A stretch of 64,000 nucleotides of DNA from a virus: UHGV virus genome UHGV-1368192. The stretch is one strand, 5' to 3'. Under the pieces are notes generated by a model. It was given only the letters and a program-made list of their open reading frames with translations, had not been told where the DNA came from and searched no databases. A program made the position numbers and the translations under genes. Position 1 is the first letter of the stretch; the number at the start of each line of letters is the position of its first letter. Below are positions 1-9,348 of this stretch, piece by piece.

Positions 1-549
1 GTAGAGCTCTGCGTTAAGCTCAAGCTGAAGAGTGTCGACAAGTGTAATTGCAAGGGCGTGTTTGAGTCTGTCAGTGTCGACAAGCTACCCTCTATGATCG
101 GTAACTACAGCATCGAGGCTGGTGAGCTTACTATCAGCTCAGCTAACACTGATAGGTATAGGCACGCACTGTCAGGTGAGTTCGCCTCTAAGACCATCTA
201 CGGCACTATTGGCGGTGACAGGCACCTCAAGCTCAAAGGTCTTGATCCCAGGATGAAGTACCTTGGTGAGGTCCGTATCACGTGTATGCCTGCATCCATT
301 CCTGATAGGAAGCTCCTCTGCGATCAGTCTGAGGAAGGACAGGGTGGAGAATGCGCTGATAACTATGACATTACCATTCCTCTTGAGGAAGGGCTAGTGA
401 TGCCTCTCATAGACGCTGTGAGGAAGGACATCCTTTCTACGATGTACAATGCTGATGACTACAAGAACAACGGCATGGACGACCTCCCAGATATCTACAC
501 ACTTGCTTCAGCTATCTCACGTCAGCTGAGGAATAGGAAAGCTAAGTGA
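1..549 (+). CDS. hypothetical protein, 5' partial (reading frame open to window start; track ORF 58..549)
   Basis: Frame 1 has no stop codon from position 1. The first ATG/GTG is at 58. It lies at the head of the co-directional virion-protein block. Confidence 0.45.
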   Translation, partial: VELCVKLKLKSVDKCNCKGVFESVSVDKLPSMIGNYSIEAGELTISSANTDRYRHALSGEFASKTIYGTIGGDRHLKLKGLDPRMKYLGEVRITCMPASIPDRKLLCDQSEEGQGGECADNYDITIPLEEGLVMPLIDAVRKDILSTMYNADDYKNNGMDDLPDIYTLASAISRQLRNRKAK

Positions 550-992
550 TGAAGAGTATCGGAAGTAAGGAGATCTATCCCTTCCTCAGGAAGGACCTCA
601 AGAAGAAGGTGAAAAGAAGTATCTTCATAGACATAGTGAAGGACCTCAACGCCGCTCTCTTTGATGTCTTGCTTGAGGAAGGGATGGTTCGTCTACCTTT
701 GGATCTCGCAGTCCTCTACCTTGAGCTCAGGGAGTACGAGCCTAAACTTGTCAATGGCAAGCTCACAGGGCTACCACCTATCAACTGGGCGAAGACCAAC
801 GAGATCAGGAAGAGCGGCCATAAAGGCTTAGTGAGGCAGGACTGGAAGCACAAGCTGATCCTGCGTAGCAAGAAGTCCATGAGGAGGCGCACAGTGATGC
901 GTCATTACCTCTTTGAGTATTACAGGAGCGCTAAGACGCGTCTCCGCGAACATGAACAAAGACTAATATATGAACAGGTACATAGGTATTGA
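546..992 (+). CDS. hypothetical basic protein (148 aa)
   Basis: ORF overlaps the neighbouring genes by 4 and 23 nt (ATGA-type coupling). K/R-rich. Confidence 0.5.
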   Translation: MMKSIGSKEIYPFLRKDLKKKVKRSIFIDIVKDLNAALFDVLLEEGMVRLPLDLAVLYLELREYEPKLVNGKLTGLPPINWAKTNEIRKSGHKGLVRQDWKHKLILRSKKSMRRRTVMRHYLFEYYRSAKTRLREHEQRLIYEQVHRY

Positions 993-1575
993 TAGCCTCC
1001 TTTCTAGGTTGACCAGGAATCCAAACTTGGCTACCCTGGATAAGGAGGCTGTTGCTGAGTACGTAGCTAGCTTCACGAGGAAGTATGCAGAGCCCGATAG
1101 TCTGGATATCTACGAAGACGAGGTAGAGATCAAGTCTTTCCGTGGCAGGCTACCTAAGGACTGCCTAAGGCTTGAGTCGGTCCACTTCGGTCGCATGCCC
1201 ATGAATGAGGTGAGGAGAAGCGGTAGGATCGGCAAGTACGAGTATTCCCTACGCAACGGCGTTATGCAGTGCGGCTTTGAGAAAGGCAAGATCGACATCA
1301 AGTATCTCGCTATGCCTGTCGACGAGGATGGCTTCCCCATGGTATATGAGGATGAGCTACTCATCGATGCTATCATAGCGTACATCAAGATGGATCAGTA
1401 CAAGCTCCTCTTCGACAACAATAAGATCAGCAGGGAGTCCTCTCATCAGGCACAGCAGGACTACTCATGGGCTGTTGGGCAGTACCTCGCATCACAGAGG
1501 ATACCATCAGCACAGGAGATCATTGAGATCGGCATGAGAGCAAGATTTTCTGACGTTGGTACGAGAAGGCGATGA
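970..1575 (+). CDS. hypothetical protein (201 aa)
   Basis: ORF overlaps the flanking genes, consistent with one operon. Confidence 0.5.
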   Translation: MNRYIGIDSLLSRLTRNPNLATLDKEAVAEYVASFTRKYAEPDSLDIYEDEVEIKSFRGRLPKDCLRLESVHFGRMPMNEVRRSGRIGKYEYSLRNGVMQCGFEKGKIDIKYLAMPVDEDGFPMVYEDELLIDAIIAYIKMDQYKLLFDNNKISRESSHQAQQDYSWAVGQYLASQRIPSAQEIIEIGMRARFSDVGTRRR

Positions 1576-4500
1576 AAGAGAAGGTTATCCGCCTAATGGC
1601 ACGAGGCATGGCGCAAGACCACGCTGAGGCCAGGGCATCAAACGATTTGGCTTATGAGCTGAGGAATATCCGCATTTCCTCAGACGGCAGCAACACGCTC
1701 TTCTCTATAAGCAGCATCAAGGGGACGGAGGCTAAGAGCTCTGTCCCCGGACGCGTTGTAGCTACCACTGTCATCGGTGACAAGGCTGTCATCCTCAGTA
1801 AGTACAAGAAGGACGGTATGGTCTTCGTCTTCGATGGTGAGAATATCAAGAAGATCTACGAGACGGAAATGAACCTGAGCGACAACGTAGATATGATCGG
1901 TGTCGTTGAGCGCGATGATATCGAGAAGGTCTACTGGGTTGATGGTGTCAATCCGCTGAGGTCACTGAACATCCACGACAAGCGTCTGGCTACCAATCCT
2001 AACGTCGACTACATTAACAACACCTGGTCACTATCTTTTGAGGAAAAGGTAAATGTGACACAGAGCTGGGGACGTGGATCAAAGCTGCATAGTGGTAACG
2101 TCACTTACGTCTTCACCTATTCCCTTATGCACGGCAAGGAGTCGAAGATCTTTGCTGAGTCTGATGTCTACTACATCACTCACTCTGATGGTCGTGGCGG
2201 CTCAGGTGAGGACATCATCAACTGCTCCTTTGATATTGAGATCACCGGTCTGGATCAGAAAGCTGACTTCGTCAATGTGTATAGGATCCTCAGGACTAGT
2301 GAGGGAGGTACGCCTGATGTACAGCGCGTACAGTCCGTTCCTGTCAAGGGCAACGGCGTAGAGTTCCATGACTATGGCCAGCCAGGCATCAGCATCGAGC
2401 CACAGGCTATCCTGTATCTCGGTAGCAACACCATCATCGCTTCTACTCTTGCTGCTAAGGACAACACTCTCTTCCTCGGCAACCTTTCTATCCCCGGCTT
2501 TAAGTTGTCTGAGGAAGAACAGAAGACGATCAAGGACCACTATGCTGCAGGCGGCATAACCTTCAACCCTGTCGATGTGGAGCCTTTCAGGGCTCGACAG
2601 GCAGGTAAGGGTCACAAGGATATCTCTGTGTTGATGCCGTATGAGCATTACCCTGTAGCTATTCAGCTTATCAGTAAGACAGGTCAGGAGTCTAACCCTG
2701 TGCCTGTCGGTGTGTTCATAGCACCTGACTCTCCCTCAAGGCTTGTAGTATCTCCTCCTCCTGTGGTAGGGGACTACGTGGGCTACAGGGTCCTCATCCA
2801 TTATCCATCGACGAAGGAGCGTAGGACAATCGCTAATGGCGTTCTCTCTCCTACCCTCTATACGGTAGCTGATAGGGAGGACGGTGTACCATACGCCTTC
2901 TCCTCATACTGCTTCAGGCCTATCACGCGCGATGAGCTGCTCCCAGAGAGTCTTGGTGATCTCACCGTGAATAAGTCTCTCTTCAGGAAGGAGGTGGACC
3001 AGCCGTTCTTCAAGTCAAGCTCCTCTACCGCTGGTCTTGCATCAGCTCAGGTAAGGGTGTGTGCTGAGATACAGACCTTCAATACCCCTGACATCCAGGA
3101 CTGCTACGATGAGGATATCCAGCTTCACGTGAAGACCCTTGGTGCTCCCATCGAGTCATACGTCTACAGAGATACAAGGGTTGAGGAAGGGAAGTGGAGT
3201 GACATCTCTACTACATACGACCATGAGTCTCTCCTCAGGCCCTCATTGTCTACCACCATAGGATCAACGACGAGGCTTGAGCCAGGCTCTAAGATCCTGA
3301 AGGTGTCAAGCCTTGAGACCGACATGGTGGGTGTGGCTATTCCCCTCTTCTCTACCAAGGACACATCTGGCGGTAAGGTTGTCGAGAATACCACAGCACG
3401 ACTCTCTGTGTATGGTAGGGCAACGACAGACGAGAGGATACTCAATGGCAAGACCTCTACATGGAGGAATGGTGGAGCATCACTGCAGAAGGTTGATGGT
3501 GACACGTACCTTGGCGAGGTGGACAAGATCCTCCCGGCTATCAAGGGTGGCGTGTCGCGTTTCCTCGGTGTTGATGGTAAGGGACAGGCTAGGTCAGTAT
3601 CTAGTATCAGCGGTCCCACGAGGATGAAGTACGGCACGTCAGACCACTTCGTCGTCAAGCTCAGCAAGGATGACCTTGTCACAAACGAGGTCAAGCGTGA
3701 TGGTCTTCCTACTAGCGCTGTGAGTGACTTCATGAATACCATGGAGGGCAGATGGTTCACACATGACTTCGATCCTCAAGGTGGTGCTAACCTCGGTGGT
3801 GCTAAGAACTGTTGGGGACCTGTCTCTATCGAGTTCCACGATGGTGACTTCCCTGATACGTCCTACGCTGATATAGCTACCACCTTCTTCTCGAGTGTTG
3901 AGGAAGTGAGAGAGAAGCTGTTCCCAAGCTGGCTTACCCTTGACGCTGATAACGGCAAGGAGACGTTCTACTATGCTACACCTCCCGGTGGTGTCTACTG
4001 GAACAAGCATGAGGCCATGGACGACAAGAAGGGGAAGATGCGCATCATCAGTCCATATACCAAGGACTCTGGTGATGTCATTGACTCTAACGGCGTACCA
4101 TTCAGGCATTCGCTCTACAAGACTGACGCTACCTCTGTAGGTCTATGGCTTGCTTTCGTGTCAAGAGGACAGATAGCTAAGGGTGTGGGATCATCAAGCA
4201 ACGACAGGGATAATCTGAGGAGGCTGATGAGAGAGATCCTCAAGGTAACAGCTGAGAAGCTCATGAGTAGGTACAACCAAGTTCCTGTCTCCTCAAAGAG
4301 TGTTGTCAAGGCTCCTCTTACCGGCTCAGTCCTTCCCATCGCTCTCATGACGAGAGAGGCTCCTGGGTATGACATCGACAGTCTCAGGTGGGAGTCCTAC
4401 TCTTACGTAACGCCCATTGCTAAGAGTGCTACCGGAGGAGGTGACACCTACTACCAGACGACAACGCTCTTCAAGACTATCCCTTCCTCAGAAGCTAATA

Positions 4501-5702
4501 AGGTGACTGATATCATTGATATTCCTCTCCTCACCAGGGTAAACCAGCTTGGTAGGTATGACAGGAACATCGGCATCAAGACACCGCAGGCTATGAGTAT
4601 GGACAACGTCAATAGGATGAACGATGTCTACAACGATAGGATGACCCTCAAGACGTACGACATCATCCCTGATTACATGCTTACGTCACATCACCCAGCG
4701 TCGTTCACCTGGAGTAAGACTAAGCAGAACGGAGAGTTCATTGACAACTACACGCACTTCAGTGGTGCATCTACAGCATCCCTTGATGGTATCTGTGGTA
4801 GTATCACTAGGATCCTCTCCTCATCAGACAGACTGTTCTTTGTACAGAGACAGGGCATAGGGCTCATCAACTACAACAGCAGAGTCCAGGTCCAAGCGTC
4901 TGATGGTGTGCCTATCGAGATCAGTAATAGTCGCAAGGTCGATGGCCACAGGTACATGTCTAAGGAGATCGGCACAGGTTCTCTGAGGAGGGTATGCCAT
5001 TCCGCATCGGCCCTCTATCTCCTTGACGACCGCACCAGCACGCTTTACAGCCTCTCTGACGGCTTATCTCCCATCTCTAAGCAGAAGTCTATGCAAGACT
5101 ATTTATCGGCCACCACAGGGGCTGTATTGCTCTCAGAGGGAGTTATGAATAGGATTCACGTCTGTACCAAGGATGAGGCGCTGTGCTACAATGAGGAGCT
5201 GCAGGCTTTTGAGTCCTTCTACGACTACAAGAAGATTGAGGAGATGTTCGTCCTTGGTCAGTCGGTCTACAGCTTGGCTTATGGGTATCTCTGGCATAAC
5301 GAGTCGAAGTATGGTGCAGGTCTGTACAACCAAGCTCTTGACTGGTACATCCACTACAGGGTCAATCCTGAAGGTGCAGGCGAGGATAAGATCTTCACCA
5401 ACCTCGACGTCCGTGGTGACACTTGGGATGGTGATAAGCTGATCACCCTTGACCTCACAGAGATGGACGTGTGGACGGAGTATCAGCGCACTATGGGCTA
5501 TGGGATTACCTTTGTAAAGAACTATCCATCAGTGATGAAGGAGAAGTTTAGGATTTACAGAATACAGATCCCAAGGGACGCGCAGAGCAAGTTCAAGATG
5601 GATCGTATCAGGAATCCATGGATGCACCTCAGGCTCCACTCTAATGGTGGCTTGCTCTACAGGAGCATCATTCACGATATAACTGTTCACTATTACGAGT
5701 GA
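1572..5702 (+). CDS. large virion protein, putative tail fibre or tailspike-like (1376 aa)
   Basis: Uninterrupted 4.1 kb ORF. Composition is rich in S/T/G/V/D/N as in beta-rich fibre proteins. ATGA overlap with the next gene. No catalytic motif recognised. Confidence 0.45.
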   Translation: MKEKVIRLMARGMAQDHAEARASNDLAYELRNIRISSDGSNTLFSISSIKGTEAKSSVPGRVVATTVIGDKAVILSKYKKDGMVFVFDGENIKKIYETEMNLSDNVDMIGVVERDDIEKVYWVDGVNPLRSLNIHDKRLATNPNVDYINNTWSLSFEEKVNVTQSWGRGSKLHSGNVTYVFTYSLMHGKESKIFAESDVYYITHSDGRGGSGEDIINCSFDIEITGLDQKADFVNVYRILRTSEGGTPDVQRVQSVPVKGNGVEFHDYGQPGISIEPQAILYLGSNTIIASTLAAKDNTLFLGNLSIPGFKLSEEEQKTIKDHYAAGGITFNPVDVEPFRARQAGKGHKDISVLMPYEHYPVAIQLISKTGQESNPVPVGVFIAPDSPSRLVVSPPPVVGDYVGYRVLIHYPSTKERRTIANGVLSPTLYTVADREDGVPYAFSSYCFRPITRDELLPESLGDLTVNKSLFRKEVDQPFFKSSSSTAGLASAQVRVCAEIQTFNTPDIQDCYDEDIQLHVKTLGAPIESYVYRDTRVEEGKWSDISTTYDHESLLRPSLSTTIGSTTRLEPGSKILKVSSLETDMVGVAIPLFSTKDTSGGKVVENTTARLSVYGRATTDERILNGKTSTWRNGGASLQKVDGDTYLGEVDKILPAIKGGVSRFLGVDGKGQARSVSSISGPTRMKYGTSDHFVVKLSKDDLVTNEVKRDGLPTSAVSDFMNTMEGRWFTHDFDPQGGANLGGAKNCWGPVSIEFHDGDFPDTSYADIATTFFSSVEEVREKLFPSWLTLDADNGKETFYYATPPGGVYWNKHEAMDDKKGKMRIISPYTKDSGDVIDSNGVPFRHSLYKTDATSVGLWLAFVSRGQIAKGVGSSSNDRDNLRRLMREILKVTAEKLMSRYNQVPVSSKSVVKAPLTGSVLPIALMTREAPGYDIDSLRWESYSYVTPIAKSATGGGDTYYQTTTLFKTIPSSEANKVTDIIDIPLLTRVNQLGRYDRNIGIKTPQAMSMDNVNRMNDVYNDRMTLKTYDIIPDYMLTSHHPASFTWSKTKQNGEFIDNYTHFSGASTASLDGICGSITRILSSSDRLFFVQRQGIGLINYNSRVQVQASDGVPIEISNSRKVDGHRYMSKEIGTGSLRRVCHSASALYLLDDRTSTLYSLSDGLSPISKQKSMQDYLSATTGAVLLSEGVMNRIHVCTKDEALCYNEELQAFESFYDYKKIEEMFVLGQSVYSLAYGYLWHNESKYGAGLYNQALDWYIHYRVNPEGAGEDKIFTNLDVRGDTWDGDKLITLDLTEMDVWTEYQRTMGYGITFVKNYPSVMKEKFRIYRIQIPRDAQSKFKMDRIRNPWMHLRLHSNGGLLYRSIIHDITVHYYE

Positions 5703-7414
5703 TTGATATGACAGAATCAGAAATAAGGGCGGCAAGGGCGAGCCGTATCGCAGGTAAGATCTCGGGGGCTATCTCCGGGATCTCTGCCGTGCGTGACGCT
5801 TTCCTCACGTCCAGCAAGCTAAAAGATACTAGCGGTCTTGAGAAGGAAGCGCAGTACTATACAGGTCCTGTAGGCGCAGACAATAATGATGCCCTCATGG
5901 CTCAGTGGGAGGCTATCAAGCCACTTGAGTCCGTCTCCTACTCTCAGGTGAGAGATGACGGCAACGCTATTGGTGGTATCGCATCAGGTGTCCTTGGTGG
6001 TGCCGGTGCTGGTACCGCCTTCGGTCCTATAGGCTCTATCATCGGTGGTGGTCTAGGTCTCATCAGTGGTATTGCTGGTGCTTTCAAGGGTAGCGCTGAT
6101 GCCAGAGAGCGACAGCGTCAGCTCAATGAGCAGAGGGCTATCGCCAACAATGAAGTAAATAGATCCTTCCTCACTGCAGCTCAGGCTGTGGATAGGAGTA
6201 ACGACACCAGACTACAACAGCAGTTCTTCGCTGATGGTGGTGTCACTGAGTTTAACGCTGGTGGCACCCACGAGACTAACCCCAATGGCGGTGTCCAGTT
6301 CGGCATCAATGGTGAAGGCCAACCTATGTTGGCTGAGGAAGGAGAGATTAAGGTAGGTAACTATATGTTCTCAGATCGACTAGAAGAAAGCAAGGGTAAG
6401 AGCTTTGCCAAGGCGGCAAGGAAACTAGCTAAGTCCCTTGAGCAGCGTCCTAACGACCCTATCGAGAAGCGTAGGTTTGAAGTTGAGACGGCAAGGCTTG
6501 CGCAGAGACAGGAACAGATCAAGGCTATGAGCCAACCATCTCTTCCTCAGGGACAGTTGTTTGCCAAGGGAGGTGCTATCTCTCCTCTCCTCAGGTACGC
6601 TCCTGCAGCCCTCTCAGGTCTCAATGTCCTTCGTGATGCCTTCGGTGCGACTAACAGGGATGACTTCTCTAGGGCTGATAGGATCGAGCGTGAGTATGTA
6701 AAGACGTTTAAGGAAGCTCCTGTGAGGACACCTGAGATCGTCAAGGATACGTACAAGCCCTTCGACACTGACTACACAGCTAGCAAGATCATCGCACAGG
6801 GTAATGCCATCAGACAGGCTATCCTCAATGGCTCTGGCGGTAATGGCCTTGGTGCTACTGCAGGTCTCCTCGCAGCTGGTTACAACACACAGCAGGCTAT
6901 CGCTGATGCTAAGATCAAGGCTGATGAGTTCAACGACCAGAGAAGGAGGGCAGCCATCGGCTTCAACCGACAGCAGGAAGCTCAGAATCTCCAGTTCATC
7001 CTACAGCAGGAAGCAGCTAACAGGCAGATCGCAGCACAGAGGTTGCAGGGTATTGAAAGGTCTGAGGCGATGAGAATGGCTGAGGAAGCAGCAAATGCGC
7101 AGGCTAGGTCTGCTAACCTCAACAACTTCGCTATGAACCTTAGCGCTATTGGTGAGACAGCCCTCAACAGGAGGCTGGTAGCTGCAGTCCATGGGTACAC
7201 CTTCGATGATCTTGGTAACATCATAAGGACACCTGGGTACTCTCCAGACTATGCTTCTCCTCAGACCACGACACAGCCGGCTAATACTGGCACTGTCGAT
7301 CTGACTAAGCTGTTCGACTGGACTAAGAAGTATGACCTATCTCTAGGAGCGAACCCTAGCGGTGTTGTATCACCGCCACTACAAGGGTTAGCCCTCCTCA
7401 AGAGACCTAAGTAA
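5699..7414 (+). CDS. virion or ejection protein with a Gly-rich hydrophobic N-terminal region and an Ala/Gln-rich helical C-terminal half (571 aa)
   Basis: Contains GGIASGVLGGAGAGTAFGPIGSIIGGGLGLISGIAGAF segments. These are followed by a long A/Q/R/E-rich region with coiled-coil character. Confidence 0.45.
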   Translation: MIDMTESEIRAARASRIAGKISGAISGISAVRDAFLTSSKLKDTSGLEKEAQYYTGPVGADNNDALMAQWEAIKPLESVSYSQVRDDGNAIGGIASGVLGGAGAGTAFGPIGSIIGGGLGLISGIAGAFKGSADARERQRQLNEQRAIANNEVNRSFLTAAQAVDRSNDTRLQQQFFADGGVTEFNAGGTHETNPNGGVQFGINGEGQPMLAEEGEIKVGNYMFSDRLEESKGKSFAKAARKLAKSLEQRPNDPIEKRRFEVETARLAQRQEQIKAMSQPSLPQGQLFAKGGAISPLLRYAPAALSGLNVLRDAFGATNRDDFSRADRIEREYVKTFKEAPVRTPEIVKDTYKPFDTDYTASKIIAQGNAIRQAILNGSGGNGLGATAGLLAAGYNTQQAIADAKIKADEFNDQRRRAAIGFNRQQEAQNLQFILQQEAANRQIAAQRLQGIERSEAMRMAEEAANAQARSANLNNFAMNLSAIGETALNRRLVAAVHGYTFDDLGNIIRTPGYSPDYASPQTTTQPANTGTVDLTKLFDWTKKYDLSLGANPSGVVSPPLQGLALLKRPK

Positions 7415-7456
7415 TAGATATGGAAGAGTGGTGGCGAGAGTGCCATCATTCTTCCG

Positions 7457-7464
7457 TACCTTTG
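7457..7464 (+). promoter_or_regulatory. Bacteroidetes-type -7 box TACCTTTG
   Basis: Exact TACCTTTG 25 nt upstream of the ATG at 7489, in the 74 nt spacer between virion genes. Confidence 0.45.
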
Positions 7465-7488
7465 AAGAGATACTAATAATAATAGATA

Positions 7489-9348
7489 ATGGCTAAAACG
7501 ACAGTTACCACAGCGGTAATGCAGCCTACCTCCTTCGACCAGATGGCACGTATCATCGAGCCACTGGCCAGACGTGAGGAAGAGTACTATACTACCGCCA
7601 TACAGTCCCATACAGACCTTATGTCGCTTTCCTCAGCCCTGTCTGCCGAGGATAAGAATAGTGACTTCTACAAGGGCACTATCGCGCCTATACTCTCTAA
7701 GCTCAGCGGTTACGCTGATAGGATAGCTAAGGAAGGTGTCGTCTCTGATGGTGCCTACAACAGAGTGATGATGCAGGACCTTGTTAAGCTCAAGGGCCAG
7801 TATGCACAAGGCGCTACCCAGCTCAAGGACGCCCTCACAAGGCGTGCTCAGTACAACGATATGGCTTCTAAGGCCAGGCTACAGGATCCCTCTGCAGTCG
7901 TCCTTGGTAAGGACCTATCCATCCAATCATTCATTGATGATCCCAACAAGGTATCACCTCTCCTCTTCTCAGGTGAGGATGCGAAGAGGCGTGCCTTCGA
8001 CTACCTTGCAGCTTGGAGGAACAGTACACAAGACCTCAAGCTCATCGGGAACATCGATAGGCTTACTAGGATTTTGCGAACAGTAAAGGGGTCTAAGGCT
8101 GAAGATGTGTACAAGGCTATTGGCCAGCACTTCTCAGATCCCAAGAATCCTCTCACCGAGCTTTACAACCAAGTCCTTCACCAGGTCAAGTCCTCCTATG
8201 GTGAGGACATCAGGAAGCACCTTGATGATCCAGAAGCAAACTTCGCCCTTGTCCATGGCGTACAGCGTGGTATGATCGGTGCTGCAGGTGGTGATACAAT
8301 GACTCCATTTGAGGATAAGGAGGCCATCATGAGGCTTCAGGCTAGCCTCTCAGCTGCTCGTTCTGGCGGTGGACGCAGGAACGGTGGTGGAGGAGGCGGT
8401 GGTGGATCTACCGATGAAAAGGGTGGGTCCATCGATGTCATTGCTCGAGGTGGTGGTGTAGCTGTCGGCTCTGCAGGTGTTAAGGGTAAGACGCTCCTTA
8501 ACTCTATCTACAAGTCCGCAAAGGACAGGTTTTATAGGCTCCCATCTCCAGCAAGAACGCCATCGAACTTCGACACTATCCTCACCGAGTCATACATGAA
8601 GGCCTTCGGTAGCCAGAACCTCCCAGAGGTGGCTAAGCTCCTCAAGCCTGCAGGGTTTGCCTGGAACGGTAATAAGCTGGTTGCGCCATCCACTAGGTCA
8701 GCAGATGGTAAGGGTGTTCAGTTTAATCCCGACTTCGATAAGCTGGGCAGTACAGCTGCACTCAATAATAGGCTATATGCCATGACAGCAAGGAACAACG
8801 TCGCAGGTGAGTTCAACGTGTCAGCTCAGACGGCCAACGATATCCTCAAGAACGCAATCACCGGCGTTCATGGTGCTGTGTATGGCGACAAGAATGCTTA
8901 CGCCCAGCTCGGTCTTAATGACATTGAAGGTCAAAAGGTCGATGAGTTTATCACCCTTGTAAGAAGTGGCTATACGCCTAAGGATGCGAAGATTGGTATA
9001 ACCTCTGACGGTAGGCCTTATTATGAAGCCTCGTTCTTTGACAACCAGAGTCAGACTAACAAGCGTTATAGAGTACCCCTTGCCGACTCTAAGAACTTCC
9101 AACAGCAAGCCGGCGTGGGTTCAGCATTAGACTTTAACCCCTCTGAAGAATCACTGATGAGGCTCAAGCTGTACCTTGCTAAGATAGAATCAGTACAGAA
9201 CCTCAAGCGAGAGTCTGGTAATATCGATGAAGAACAGGTCTTACAGGGCCAGCAAGTTTATGATATGGTCACCCAGCCAGTTGGTGCACCTGACCCCGGA
9301 CTTTTATTAGAACAACATTATGGGAAGAGCAAAACGAAAGGTTTTTAG
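7489..9348 (+). CDS. hypothetical virion protein with a poly-Gly tract (619 aa)
   Basis: ORF contains GGGRRNGGGGGGGGS. It is preceded by an exact TACCTTTG box 25 nt upstream. Confidence 0.5.
   Translation: MAKTTVTTAVMQPTSFDQMARIIEPLARREEEYYTTAIQSHTDLMSLSSALSAEDKNSDFYKGTIAPILSKLSGYADRIAKEGVVSDGAYNRVMMQDLVKLKGQYAQGATQLKDALTRRAQYNDMASKARLQDPSAVVLGKDLSIQSFIDDPNKVSPLLFSGEDAKRRAFDYLAAWRNSTQDLKLIGNIDRLTRILRTVKGSKAEDVYKAIGQHFSDPKNPLTELYNQVLHQVKSSYGEDIRKHLDDPEANFALVHGVQRGMIGAAGGDTMTPFEDKEAIMRLQASLSAARSGGGRRNGGGGGGGGSTDEKGGSIDVIARGGGVAVGSAGVKGKTLLNSIYKSAKDRFYRLPSPARTPSNFDTILTESYMKAFGSQNLPEVAKLLKPAGFAWNGNKLVAPSTRSADGKGVQFNPDFDKLGSTAALNNRLYAMTARNNVAGEFNVSAQTANDILKNAITGVHGAVYGDKNAYAQLGLNDIEGQKVDEFITLVRSGYTPKDAKIGITSDGRPYYEASFFDNQSQTNKRYRVPLADSKNFQQQAGVGSALDFNPSEESLMRLKLYLAKIESVQNLKRESGNIDEEQVLQGQQVYDMVTQPVGAPDPGLLLEQHYGKSKTKGF

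Noticed and set aside
694-701. TACCTTTG copy inside gene 546..992 as an internal promoter
   Set aside because: It lies mid-ORF with no downstream start codon at the right distance. About two chance copies of an 8-mer are expected in this window.
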